Origin: a virus
Lineage: Duplodnaviria; Caudoviricetes
Length of the DNA: 64,000 nucleotides
Virus record (IMG/VR): IMGVR_UViG_3300028888_000002
Direction: 5' to 3' (one strand)
Part shown: one piece after another, positions 1 to 9,651 of the stretch
Layout: every line of letters starts with the position of its first letter
Position numbering within the stretch: position 1 is the first letter of the stretch
Made by a program: the position numbers and the translations under genes
The notes under the pieces: generated by a model
Told to the model about the DNA's origin: nothing
Databases searched by the model: none
The model's input: the letters and a program-made list of their open reading frames with translations, nothing else

Positions 1-1
1 A

Positions 2-112
2 CGTGAGCAGCCTGCACCGCAGACCTTTAAGGTCCTGGAAGCAAAGGCACCCGCCCGTGCAGCCGAAGACAACGACGGGTCCTTGATTGGTTACATTCTC
101 GGCAGCAGGTAG
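2..112 (+). CDS. 3' end of a gene starting upstream of the window
   Basis: Open frame from base 2 (REQPAPQTFKVLEAKAPARAAEDNDGSLIGYILGSR) to TAG at 110-112; phage-like codon use. Confidence 0.6.
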   Translation, partial: REQPAPQTFKVLEAKAPARAAEDNDGSLIGYILGSR

Positions 113-123
113 TGAGGTCACTT

Positions 124-381
124 ATGGGTAAACTGAAAATACGTGTTAAAGAGTCCAACGGCACTCTTTTGGACAGCTTTGACGATTTAGCGTCGCTTTT
201 GAAATCTGCGGGTTCTAACCTTACAGGTCAGTTTAGTTTGCGGGATTCCGTTTATAACATTCAAAACGGTGGAAAGACGCTAGACACTCCCAAAGCAGTT
301 AAGGCACAACTGCTTAAAAAGCGGGAGCATATTGAAGCTGCGTTTGATAAAGTGTTTAGTGCGTTGGACGCTTATCTGTAA
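124..381 (+). CDS. Putative internal head (cargo) protein, tag A
   Basis: GAGG RBS then ATG 124; N-terminus MGKLKIRVKE-S matches the shared tag. Confidence 0.7.
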   Translation: MGKLKIRVKESNGTLLDSFDDLASLLKSAGSNLTGQFSLRDSVYNIQNGGKTLDTPKAVKAQLLKKREHIEAAFDKVFSALDAYL

Positions 382-392
382 ACGGGGGCACT

Positions 393-1010
393 ATGGCATT
401 GCGAATTAAAATCCACGAAAGCAGGCAGGCAGAAGCACAGGGTCTTGTGTTCCTGCCCGAAGATTTGAAGTCCGAACTTGAATTTGAGCTGCCGACGCTT
501 TACACCGCCAAAGGTCTTGCAGTGTTCAAGGGTAAGGAAGAAGTTGAACCCGACGCAGCCTGGGACGTTGAAAATATGTCCTGGGACGTTGACGAAGCCA
601 CGGTGAGCGGTAACTATCTTATGGTGGCGTTGACCGACAATATCGGTGCCGATGCTGTCAAGTCCGTTATGGCTGAAGACTACAAGAAAGCCGTGCTTCC
701 CGAAGCCCTGGAACTTGTAGCCTACCTGGACGTTGAAGCCCTGCGTGAAGCCTTTGGCTCCCAGGTCGTTGACGCTACAAAGGGTAAGGATTGCGAACTC
801 AATTACTACCTGGGCGACATTAACGATATGCGTGACGTTCCTGGTGGAATTGATAACGCATACACCGACGATGGTGAAGTTAGCTGTATGGTCGGTGCGT
901 TCGGTTTCAGCGTGGCAGAAGCTATTAACGGTAGCGAAATCAAGGACACGCAGTCCTCGGACGAAGCCGTGAAGTTGGTTGAAGAACTGTATAACAAATA
1001 CAAGTCGTAG
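393..1010 (+). CDS. Acidic putative internal head (cargo) protein, tag A
   Basis: N-terminus MALRIKIHE-S; D/E-rich body; GGGGG RBS. Confidence 0.75.
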   Translation: MALRIKIHESRQAEAQGLVFLPEDLKSELEFELPTLYTAKGLAVFKGKEEVEPDAAWDVENMSWDVDEATVSGNYLMVALTDNIGADAVKSVMAEDYKKAVLPEALELVAYLDVEALREAFGSQVVDATKGKDCELNYYLGDINDMRDVPGGIDNAYTDDGEVSCMVGAFGFSVAEAINGSEIKDTQSSDEAVKLVEELYNKYKS

Positions 1011-1051
1011 TTCAAAATTACTATACTTGTAAAAAAAAATGGAGTTGCAAT

Positions 1052-1750
1052 ATGGCATTCACCTGTTCTATGCAGAAGAAAATTGAGTCGTTCAAAAAGA
1101 ACGAATCCGCAGCGGGTCGTAAATTCTACGACGAATTTATTGAACCCCGTGCCCGTGAAATTCTTGAAGAATACGACGTGAACGAAGCCCAGGGCGGTAT
1201 GTGCGATTATTGGTATAACATCGGTGACGGTGTTGAAGATATGGAGCGTGACGACCGTAGTGGCTTTTTCTCTTATAACGACGGTGGCGTTCAAAAGACC
1301 TGGATGACTACTCCGTTTATGCTTGCGGGCGGTGGCTATCTTGACCCGAAGACGGAACCCGAATATGACCGCCTCCGTAAGAACTGCGAAGACGACTATC
1401 GTGAAGAATGCGAAAAGAACGGGGTTGAGTGCGATTTCAGTTCCGAAGAATACTACGAATTTGAAGACGCTTGGTCCTCGGAAGGTCTTGAAATTTTCGC
1501 TTATGCGGAAATTATGCTTTACAGCCGTAATTCCGACCGTGACGAATATACGCTTATTGCCCGTATCAGTCGTAGTTTTGACTACACCTACGGTCGTAAC
1601 CCGCAGGACGATTTGAACATTGAAATGGATTTGACTTCGGAACAGTTCACGAAGGAAAATGCAGACAAGTTCTTCGCTGCCGTGGAAGAGGCTTTTGCCA
1701 ACTATTCGTTTAGCCAGGGCGACAAGGAAATTAACGTCAAGGCAGATTAA
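1052..1750 (+). CDS. Acidic putative internal head (cargo) protein, tag B
   Basis: N-terminus MAFTCSMQKKIESFKKNE-S; GGAG RBS; very D/E-rich. Confidence 0.75.
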   Translation: MAFTCSMQKKIESFKKNESAAGRKFYDEFIEPRAREILEEYDVNEAQGGMCDYWYNIGDGVEDMERDDRSGFFSYNDGGVQKTWMTTPFMLAGGGYLDPKTEPEYDRLRKNCEDDYREECEKNGVECDFSSEEYYEFEDAWSSEGLEIFAYAEIMLYSRNSDRDEYTLIARISRSFDYTYGRNPQDDLNIEMDLTSEQFTKENADKFFAAVEEAFANYSFSQGDKEINVKAD

Positions 1751-1774
1751 GTCTGCAAAGGAAAGGTAAACACT

Positions 1775-2926
1775 ATGGCACTTAAACAGATTACTGCCAA
1801 AGATTTTAAGGATGCCGTTAGCAGTCTTACAAACGGCTACACCTGTTGGCATAAGTTACTCGGTCGCACCGACGCAGGCACGGAATTAGTTTTCGTGATT
1901 GGTTGGTCCGACGCAGGTTACGACGAAGACGACGCAAAGCAAAACGGATATGCCGATGGTAGATATACTATTTGCTCCAAGATTGCGTGTCAGTCCCGAT
2001 ATAACGGTAGTCAATCCGACTACGACGGTGACTTTGAAATGCCGTATGACAAGGAAACAGGCGACGTTTGGGACACTGACACTATGGTGTCTAACAACGA
2101 ATCCGATTGGGAAACCGACGCAGCTACTTACAACAAGGACGCACAGGCTATTTGGGACACCTACTGTGTCCCCGATGAAGACGGTTTCACTGCGTTAGAC
2201 GCTTTGTTTGAGTCCAAGAAATCGTCCGAAGCAAAGAAGCATACCTGTTCTATGCAGAAGAAAAAGGAAAGCCTTGCAAAGAAGACTGAAATGGTTCGTC
2301 CCGAAGACCCCGACGAACTTAAAGTTGGAAAATACACGGCAGACGTTTTGACCGCAGACGGTGATTTTATCTTGTCATTGCCCGCTTTCTATGACGACGT
2401 TGCTGAAACTGTCAAGGCTGCAAAGGACTACTTGCAGGAAGAATCCGATTATGTTAAGGACACAGGTCTTGTTCCTAGCAAAATCCACGTAACTACGGTT
2501 GTTGCTAAACGTGGTTGGAATATGCCACAGTTCGTTAAGGACGTTGACTTGAACGCTACCGAAGCGAAGAAGCCTGTTTGCTCTATGCAGAAGAAAAAGG
2601 AAAGCCTTTCTGCGAAGAAGTCCAAGAAGTGCGAAGGCTTGATGGACGACTTGCCGTATGACGCACCCGTAGCCATTGAAAGTCTGTGTGCCGAAATTAT
2701 GAGCCACACCGACGCATTTACCATTGAAGACGCAGACGTGGCTGAAATGTGCGGTAAGTGGTATATTCGTGATTACGCAAATGGTTCTACCGCAGCACAT
2801 AACGAAGACGAATTTGTTGACGAAGTTCTTGCAGGTCTTTCGGGCAGTCCCGTGGACGGCTCCCCGTTCGGTGCAGCCGAAGCCGAAGGATATGCTAGGA
2901 AGATTTACAACGAAGTCGTTGCTTAA
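1775..2926 (+). CDS. Three-module putative cargo polyprotein with two internal tag B copies
   Basis: Linkers FESKKSSEAKKHTCSMQKKKESLAKKTE and EAKKPVCSMQKKKESLSAKKSKKCE separate acidic domains. Confidence 0.75.
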   Translation: MALKQITAKDFKDAVSSLTNGYTCWHKLLGRTDAGTELVFVIGWSDAGYDEDDAKQNGYADGRYTICSKIACQSRYNGSQSDYDGDFEMPYDKETGDVWDTDTMVSNNESDWETDAATYNKDAQAIWDTYCVPDEDGFTALDALFESKKSSEAKKHTCSMQKKKESLAKKTEMVRPEDPDELKVGKYTADVLTADGDFILSLPAFYDDVAETVKAAKDYLQEESDYVKDTGLVPSKIHVTTVVAKRGWNMPQFVKDVDLNATEAKKPVCSMQKKKESLSAKKSKKCEGLMDDLPYDAPVAIESLCAEIMSHTDAFTIEDADVAEMCGKWYIRDYANGSTAAHNEDEFVDEVLAGLSGSPVDGSPFGAAEAEGYARKIYNEVVA

Positions 2927-2952
2927 AGAAATCCTACGACAAAATTATCAAG

Positions 2953-2979
2953 GTGCCCCGATTGTTCGGGGCACTTTTT
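2953..2979 (+). terminator. Rho-independent terminator
   Basis: GTGCCCCGA-ttgt-TCGGGGCAC followed by T tract. Confidence 0.8.
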
Positions 2980-3007
2980 GTATGCACGTTTTATTTCGCA
3001 CAAATTA

Positions 3008-3075
3008 AATATAATAGATTACCTAATTTATATAACAAATTACCTACAACATATAACTAGGTAACTTGTTATATT
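3008..3075. promoter_or_regulatory. Cluster of three TAGGTAA(T/C)(T/C)T(G/A)TTATAT boxes (two reverse, one forward) upstream of head genes
   Basis: Reverse copies about 3008-3025 and 3029-3046, forward copy 3058-3075; same motif as the early promoter spacer/-10. Confidence 0.65.
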
Positions 3076-3274
3076 TGACATTTTTTGTCATTTTATTTAT
3101 AACTTTTTTAAAATTGCACAAAAATTTTATTATATTCTGTTGTCAAGGGAGGGCATTTTCCCTGCCAATACTTGTCCGTAATTTTTATTGCAGACAAATT
3201 CCCTTGTAGGAGGGTGGCTTTCGCAGGCTACCTCTAACAAACTAAAAGATAACCCTATCAAGGAGAGCATTATT

Positions 3275-3772
3275 ATGCTTAAATTCCGTAAGAAACTCCG
3301 TGAAGACGACAATATCGTTGAAGTTGGCGACGTTAAGTTGGACGCTAAAGAATCCGAAGTCGTGTTCGCAGACAAAGACAAGGACATCCAGGTTGTCGTT
3401 TCCCCCGACCCCGAAAACGAAAACTCTGTGACCGTCGCAGTTCTTTCTAACTCCAACGACGACGTGGAAGACGAAGAAGTTCTCGGCTCCGCTTCCGTTG
3501 AAGGTAGTGAAGATAAAGGTGCTGAAGAATCCCGCAAGGCTGCTCGTCGTGAGGCATTCCGTAAGCGTCTTGAAGCCCGTCGTTCTGCAAAGAAGTCCCC
3601 CGCACCCGCCCGTAACGAGGCTCGTGTCCAGGCTTTCCGCAAGCGACTTGAAGCCCGTCGTGCTGCAAAGCAAGCAGAAGGTAAGACTTCTACTTCCACA
3701 GCCGATGCCCGTAAAAAGGCTATCGGTGAAGCAAGGGCAAAATTCCGTTCCAAGATTGGCAAGAAAGCCTAA
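3275..3772 (+). CDS. Probable prohead core/scaffolding protein
   Basis: Immediately upstream of MCP; AGGAG RBS before ATG 3275; acidic N half, basic repeated EAFRKRLEARR helices; N-terminus MLKFRKKLRE-D. Confidence 0.6.
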   Translation: MLKFRKKLREDDNIVEVGDVKLDAKESEVVFADKDKDIQVVVSPDPENENSVTVAVLSNSNDDVEDEEVLGSASVEGSEDKGAEESRKAARREAFRKRLEARRSAKKSPAPARNEARVQAFRKRLEARRAAKQAEGKTSTSTADARKKAIGEARAKFRSKIGKKA

Positions 3773-3790
3773 CCAAAAGGAGAAGACATT

Positions 3791-5440
3791 ATGAAGACTT
3801 CTGTTGAAGAAATGTCCAATCAGAAATACAACCGCCTCGTAGAAAGCTACGAAGCCCGTTACAGCAAGCAGTTTGAAGCACTTGCAAAGTCCCCGTCGTT
3901 CAAGGGCACCTTGTCCAAGAACGCTATGTTCAACCTCGGTCAGCAGATGGACAACTACAAGCGTTACGAAAGTTTCGTGAACGAAAATTCCTCGGCTTCT
4001 AGCCTGGGTGTGTTGCCCCGTGTTGCTCTTGACCTTATTTCCGCTACCTACGCACTTTCTATCGCTCCGCAGCTTGCAAGTGTGCAGACGCTTGAAGAAT
4101 CCCAGGGTCTTATCTACTTCAAGAAGACCTTTACCCACGGCTATCCGCTGACTGCACAGGAAGGACTTCAGCAGCTCCCCGAAGACCGTTGGATGGGTGC
4201 CGACGGCAAGTTTGAAGGCGACAAGACCTTTGCGGGTGCTTGGAAGAAGTGGCTTGACACCCGTGGTCGTCCCGCTGACAGTGGCGAAGGTGACTTGGAT
4301 GCTGCTACTCTCGCTGCCAAGAACTTTGACGCTGTGACTTTCACCGCCCTCAAGGGTTGGCAGGCTTCCCCGACTGCATATATGTCCGAACGTCAGTTCG
4401 CTATTGCAGCCGACGGCAAGGCTACCATTAAGTATGGTGTTGGCAATCTTCGTTGGAACACCCCGATTAACGTCCGTCTTGTTGACAAGAACGGCAACAT
4501 TGAAGACATTGTTGGTGTCTGTGGTGGTCCTGGTCAGCTCCCGACCTTCTACGGTAAGTTGTCTGTTACCGCTGCTGCTGTTGGTCCCGACCTTGTTCTT
4601 ACCATTCCGACAGGCTACCAGGGTGGCGTGACTTATGACGTTGACTTTGAAAAGGCTCCCGACGTTCCTGCTATTGAATACGCTCTTGACAACAAGGTTG
4701 TCAGTGCCGAAATCATTGGCTTGAAGGAAATGATGGGCACGTTCAAGTCTTTCCAATTCAACAAGCGTTTTGGTAAGGCTGCGTCCGACGAAGTTCTTGC
4801 TGACCTTACGGGTCATATGGCTATGGCTGAAAGCGAAAAGATTCTTGCAGCCTACGTCCGTTGTGCTAACAAGTGGAAGCCGATTACCTGGAATCTTAAC
4901 AAGACCGCAGGTATCAGCGAATTTGAACACCGTCAGTCTTTCCTGTATGCTATCCAGGCTGCTTCTGCTGCTATCGGTAGCCGTGCAGGTAAGGGTCACG
5001 CCAACAAGATTGTCGCAGGTTACGTCGCTTGTCAGTATATTGCGTCCCTCCCTGGTTTCCGTCTTGCTCCGCAGACGAACCTTGTTGGTCCGCACGTCTA
5101 TGGCACTCTTGAAAACGAAGGCATTACTGTTATTCGCTCCAACACTATCGTGGCTCCGAACGAAGTTATCTGTGCTTACAGCTCCGACAACAGCCCGTTT
5201 GAAGCACCTGTCGTGTGTGCAACGTATATGCCTGTGTTCTTGACCGACACTATGCCTGTCGCAGACAATCCGTTCCAAACGCAGCGAGCAATCGCTTCCT
5301 GGAAGGCGATTGAACCTGTCGTGGCTGAATTTGTGCAGCGTATCGTTATCACGAAGGATGCCGAAGCACCTGCCGACGTGAACGTGTTCCTTACTACCAC
5401 CCCGAACGGTGGCAGCGGTAGCGGTTCTAGCAACGGCTAA
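3791..5440 (+). CDS. Major capsid protein, T4 gp23-like
   Basis: 549 aa; segment LISATYALSIAPQLASVQTLEESQGLIYFKK parallels the gp23 MVRR..NLIA.DI.GVQPM..PTG.VF region; C-terminal ATYMPV..DNPFQ..AIAS; likely propeptide ending FVNE; strong codon bias; terminator follows. Confidence 0.85.
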   Translation: MKTSVEEMSNQKYNRLVESYEARYSKQFEALAKSPSFKGTLSKNAMFNLGQQMDNYKRYESFVNENSSASSLGVLPRVALDLISATYALSIAPQLASVQTLEESQGLIYFKKTFTHGYPLTAQEGLQQLPEDRWMGADGKFEGDKTFAGAWKKWLDTRGRPADSGEGDLDAATLAAKNFDAVTFTALKGWQASPTAYMSERQFAIAADGKATIKYGVGNLRWNTPINVRLVDKNGNIEDIVGVCGGPGQLPTFYGKLSVTAAAVGPDLVLTIPTGYQGGVTYDVDFEKAPDVPAIEYALDNKVVSAEIIGLKEMMGTFKSFQFNKRFGKAASDEVLADLTGHMAMAESEKILAAYVRCANKWKPITWNLNKTAGISEFEHRQSFLYAIQAASAAIGSRAGKGHANKIVAGYVACQYIASLPGFRLAPQTNLVGPHVYGTLENEGITVIRSNTIVAPNEVICAYSSDNSPFEAPVVCATYMPVFLTDTMPVADNPFQTQRAIASWKAIEPVVAEFVQRIVITKDAEAPADVNVFLTTTPNGGSGSGSSNG

Positions 5441-5465
5441 TTGCTTAACTCCCTGTTGAGTGAAG

Positions 5466-5496
5466 ACACCCCTGCGTAAAGCGGGGGTGTTTTTTT
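5466..5496 (+). terminator. Rho-independent terminator after MCP
   Basis: ACACCCCTGC-gtaaa-GCGGGGGTGT plus T tract. Confidence 0.85.
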
Positions 5497-5569
5497 ATAG
5501 GGGGGTTGTCCGAAGTTGAAAAAATTTTATTATTTTTATTGACGATAAACTTCAAATGGGGTAATGCTT

Positions 5570-5701
5570 ATGGCAGAAGAAACCACCGCACCCGATTCTT
5601 ATTCTTACCTGGCTTACATTTTGGCTATGTATGCCGACGAAGAACAGCGTGACGAAACCCTGTGGACGGGAAACTTCACGGGCGATGTTCTTCCGTTCTA
5701 G
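5570..5701 (+). CDS. 43-aa small protein (absent from ORF track)
   Basis: MAEETTAPDSYSYLAYILAMYADEEQRDETLWTGNFTGDVLPF; GGGG RBS; phage-like codons. Confidence 0.55.
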   Translation: MAEETTAPDSYSYLAYILAMYADEEQRDETLWTGNFTGDVLPF

Positions 5702-5735
5702 CGTATAACAATTTTTCCAAACAAGGGACACCCGT

Positions 5736-6686
5736 ATGTCTAACAAGAAATTCAAGATTACCGTTAAAGAAAGCAAGAAGTCCGAGGGTCTTCCCCCGAA
5801 GCGTTTGGGCAGCAAGCGTCAATATCGTTCCCGTGCGGACCTTATTAACAAGATGAAGCAACTCGGAGCCGTGGAAATCACGACTAGCAAGCAGTTCAAC
5901 GACATTAAGAACTCGCAGTGGCTCCATACCGCAGGTTACGCCCTTGACACCAACGGCAACCTTGTGGCACAGTCCTACTACGGTGACAAGGACGGCAAGT
6001 GGTATTACACTTCCACCCGCAACTTTGATAGCGACTACCTTCCCGAAAGCAAGCAGCACGAAAACCGCACAAAGGAAGAAGAAGTCACTAATATCTTTAA
6101 GGGTATGAAAGAATGGGCTACCAAGTGGTCCAACTCCGACAAGGACCGCAAGACCATTGCAGACAATCTTGACCTTGAAGCAGTCCAGGAAAATATGTCC
6201 GATATTGTTGAAATTTTGGACAATAACTTTGAATGGGACGGTTACGGGTTTAAGTTCGTTGTGGTTGGCGATTACGAAGACGACGACACCCGTGACGAAG
6301 CCGAAGCAAATCAGTGGAACAGTTGCTATGGCGTTTGTGAAGAAATTGCAGACCTTATAGGCATTCCCAATGAAGGTCACGTTATTGGTGAAATGAATAC
6401 CTATTTTTGGGAAGACATTGAAGCGGTTTGGCGTGACGACGAAAGCAAGAAATCCGAAAGCCTTTCGCTCAAACAGAAAGAACTTAAAGATATGGCACGT
6501 TACGGTGAAGCCGAAGACATTACTACCATATCCGACGCAGAAGCAAAGGAACTTCGCAAGAAGGGCATTGAAACGGTGGGTGTTAGCCGTGGGACCTACG
6601 GAATGAACGGTGCCTTGCTCCGTGACAAGGACGGCAAGAAATACGTGATTACCGCCCGCAGCTCTAACCTGTTCTACTTTGTATAG
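5736..6686 (+). CDS. Three-module putative cargo polyprotein, tag A
   Basis: MSNKKFKITVKE-SKKSE-G; internal linkers LPESKQHE and DDESKKSES; modules 1 and 3 resemble each other. Confidence 0.8.
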   Translation: MSNKKFKITVKESKKSEGLPPKRLGSKRQYRSRADLINKMKQLGAVEITTSKQFNDIKNSQWLHTAGYALDTNGNLVAQSYYGDKDGKWYYTSTRNFDSDYLPESKQHENRTKEEEVTNIFKGMKEWATKWSNSDKDRKTIADNLDLEAVQENMSDIVEILDNNFEWDGYGFKFVVVGDYEDDDTRDEAEANQWNSCYGVCEEIADLIGIPNEGHVIGEMNTYFWEDIEAVWRDDESKKSESLSLKQKELKDMARYGEAEDITTISDAEAKELRKKGIETVGVSRGTYGMNGALLRDKDGKKYVITARSSNLFYFV

Positions 6687-7616
6687 AATTTTTTAAATAA
6701 AGGAAAAACTCTTATGACTAAAACATTCACCTGCTCTATGCAGAAAAAGAAAGAAAGTTTTGCGAAGAAGTCCGAAGCAGCCGAAATCAAGGACAAGCAG
6801 TATTACCTTGATATGTTTGACAAGGCATACAAGGAATGCGTCCAACTTGACATTGACAATGGCGGTAATGGCGAGGGTTGGGCAGATTACTTTACCGACA
6901 CAAAAAATTATGGGGATTTCACTCAAAAAGAAGCCGACGAAATTGTTGGCTATTATATGGAGTTCCACCCCGAAGCCGATGAGGAACCCGATAGACCTTA
7001 CAGGGATTGGTTGGATAATACGAGGGGTCTTGAACTTACTCCGTTGGACAAGGAAATCACCCGTATCTTGAAAGCCCTGTATGCCCCTAATGAATCCACG
7101 AAGTCCGAAGGCGTTGAAGCCTTGAAAGACAAGGTTGTGTCCGACGGCACCTTGAAGCCCGAAGACCTTATTCCGAAGTTCCTTAATGCCTTGAAGCACG
7201 ACGAAACTGCTCACTCCAAGTTCTTGAAGGACTATCCCGAAATCCTTGAAATTCAGTCCTGGGACGACGTGGACGACGAAACGAAGTCTATGCTTGTGGA
7301 CGAACTTACCGACGCACTTAACGGTATTGCACCCGACGGATATTTCTTTGGTGCGTCCGATGGCGACGGAGCCTGCTTCGGCTTTTGGAAGGTTGACCCC
7401 GACGAAAGCAAGAAGTCCGAGGGTGCGAATGCCCTACCAACTAAAGAAGAAATGAAACGTGTGGTTGACGGTTTAAAAAAAGGCTATGTCCACCCAAAGT
7501 GTTGCTGTCCGATAAAAACTCCAAAAAATGGCTAAAAACAGCATTTAACCCACAGACCCCATAAATTGCTATATTTGTATTGAAAAAATATAGTTTAATG
7601 GGTAGAACATAACTCA

Positions 7617-8594
7617 ATGGGTAATCTTATGAGCAATACAAGCAGCATGATATCTGTTCAGGATGTCTTGAAATGTCTTCACGAACACGGTGTACAAGGA
7701 AACTCCGCCAGGATGGAAGTGGTCAATATGCTAGACCATAAACGGGTAAATACCAACTACTGGTATTCGCCAGAATCAATAGTCAGGCAGTTGACCGATA
7801 CTATAAGGGATTATCTTACCGGCCTATGCGGCGAAGTATCCGAACCGAAGAAAGCTACGCTGAGCAAGCTGAAATTTGAACTGAACAAGGCGGAAGACCG
7901 AGTTGTAATTTATCTTGCTGATGAAGTCATTGGTCACATTTTCTGGTGCAACGATGAGTATAATCTGTGTTGGGAAGCTCACAACACCAAAAAACCAGAA
8001 CAACAGTTTGACACTTGGAAATTTTCCGGCCACTTTGAACTTGATACATTGATGGAGAAAATCACCACTGTTGTTGAGGCAATATCCAATGGAGATTGTA
8101 AGGTAATGCCAGTGGGTGAAACCGATGAATATGACATCAATAGCCGTGAAGCGTATGATGCCGCCATTGCCAAGATAAAGGCACATGTCGATGATGAAGT
8201 TGGGCGTGGTGAATATGATATCGTTTCATTAGTAGAGGAAGAAAAACAGTATTATAAAGCGTCACTTGCATACATCAAGTACCTGGAAGAAACCCTTGCC
8301 AATACACAATCTCTCGTGATTGCGTACGGTGAGAAGATTACTGAACAGAAAGATTCCCTGCTCAATATGTGCGCCAGACTAGGCAAGATGGGCTACTTGG
8401 CTTACCATAATATCCAGTCGAAGATGACCGAAGTGTTTGGTGACGAAGAAGGAGCACAACGGGCCGCCATCAAGAAGGAACAGTGGAAGAATGTCGAACG
8501 CAAGTGCAAGGAGACGGTTGAACGGAACAACCGTCCGATTGAACTGACGGTCGGCGACAAGCATGTCAGTCCAAAGGATTTAGGTTGGTACTGA
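7617..8594 (+). CDS. IS passenger gene, unknown function (coiled-coil C half)
   Basis: 325-aa ORF inside the TIRs, convergent with the transposase; contains palindromes the phage avoids; exact start uncertain. Confidence 0.75.
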   Translation: MGNLMSNTSSMISVQDVLKCLHEHGVQGNSARMEVVNMLDHKRVNTNYWYSPESIVRQLTDTIRDYLTGLCGEVSEPKKATLSKLKFELNKAEDRVVIYLADEVIGHIFWCNDEYNLCWEAHNTKKPEQQFDTWKFSGHFELDTLMEKITTVVEAISNGDCKVMPVGETDEYDINSREAYDAAIAKIKAHVDDEVGRGEYDIVSLVEEEKQYYKASLAYIKYLEETLANTQSLVIAYGEKITEQKDSLLNMCARLGKMGYLAYHNIQSKMTEVFGDEEGAQRAAIKKEQWKNVERKCKETVERNNRPIELTVGDKHVSPKDLGWY

Positions 8595-8595
8595 T

Positions 8596-9651
8596 TTATG
8601 CCGCCAACGGCAGAGGAATAGGCGGACGGAACATATAAGTCCACTTTGAACCATCGTAGATGGCCTCAGCATTATGGCGTTCCCATACAGATTCCTTGAA
8701 GTTGAAATCACCATCGGCGTAGTTGCGAAGATTATGCCATACCAAGTAGTTGTTGAGATACTTGGTAGCAACTCCGTGGAAGCGTTCCATGAATGTCTTT
8801 AGTTGACTATGATAGCCGTTGATGTGCTGGATTCCCAGCGTGCCACTGACACGCTGGGTAGATTTTAACTGCAATAGGTTGATGCCTTCCCGTTCCGCAA
8901 ACCCTACATACGCATTGTGCTTGTCGGTGCATAGAACCGCATCCGGTGAGATACGACCGGCGAACACGCTGGAAATGCTCCGCACCGATGCACGACCCAA
9001 GTTCGCAATCTGTGCGATGGACTTGCCGTCACGGTTGACCGCACACGGCACACATACCTTTTCCAATGAAATACCACGCTTTTTGGAGCGTTCGCCTCTC
9101 ATGTGAGGCTCACGGGGCATACTGAAGAACTGGCTCCGACTATGGTTACCCTTGAATGAAATACGGAAGAAGGTCTCGTCCGCTTCCACGATGCCATCCA
9201 GTTTCACCTTGGACTGCATTTCTTGCAGAGCATCCAGAATCTTGTGGCGGAGGAAGAAGGCGGCGTTCTTGGAAATACGGCACTCATAAGCCGTTGCCCT
9301 GACCGTCATACCGTGCATCATACAATGCACATAGCGGAGATAGGTGTCAAGCGGCAGCTTGGCTCCATGGAAGATGGTGCGGGTCGCATAGGTGAATGAC
9401 TTACCGCAACCCTTGCATTGAAACCGCTGGTGCCCGGTCTTGGTCTTGCCGTTCTTCTTGACATCCACTAGACCACAATGCGGACAGCACACGCCATTGT
9501 GGAAGCGGTACTTACCAAGGAACTCTTCCATCGTGGATGAGTCGATGATTTCGGTCATCTGCGGAGGCATGCCGAGCATCTGCATGAAGCGCATCTTGTC
9601 CGATTTGGACAAGGTGTTGTACATCTGGTAAACAAGATTTACTTCGGACAT
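8596..9651 (-). CDS. tnp: IS1595-family transposase
   Basis: Zn ribbon CPHCG..CKGC, HTH region, LDGIVEADETFF, LCTDKHNAY, IQHINGYHSQLK (N in place of the last E), RFHGVATKYLNNYL; AGGAGG RBS before ATG 9651. Confidence 0.93.
   Translation of the reverse strand: MSEVNLVYQMYNTLSKSDKMRFMQMLGMPPQMTEIIDSSTMEEFLGKYRFHNGVCCPHCGLVDVKKNGKTKTGHQRFQCKGCGKSFTYATRTIFHGAKLPLDTYLRYVHCMMHGMTVRATAYECRISKNAAFFLRHKILDALQEMQSKVKLDGIVEADETFFRISFKGNHSRSQFFSMPREPHMRGERSKKRGISLEKVCVPCAVNRDGKSIAQIANLGRASVRSISSVFAGRISPDAVLCTDKHNAYVGFAEREGINLLQLKSTQRVSGTLGIQHINGYHSQLKTFMERFHGVATKYLNNYLVWHNLRNYADGDFNFKESVWERHNAEAIYDGSKWTYMFRPPIPLPLAA

Noticed and set aside
5390-5480. Gly/Ser tail of MCP as a linker to a readthrough or frameshift extension
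   Set aside because: Only a few codons and then a terminator follow; no downstream domain to fuse
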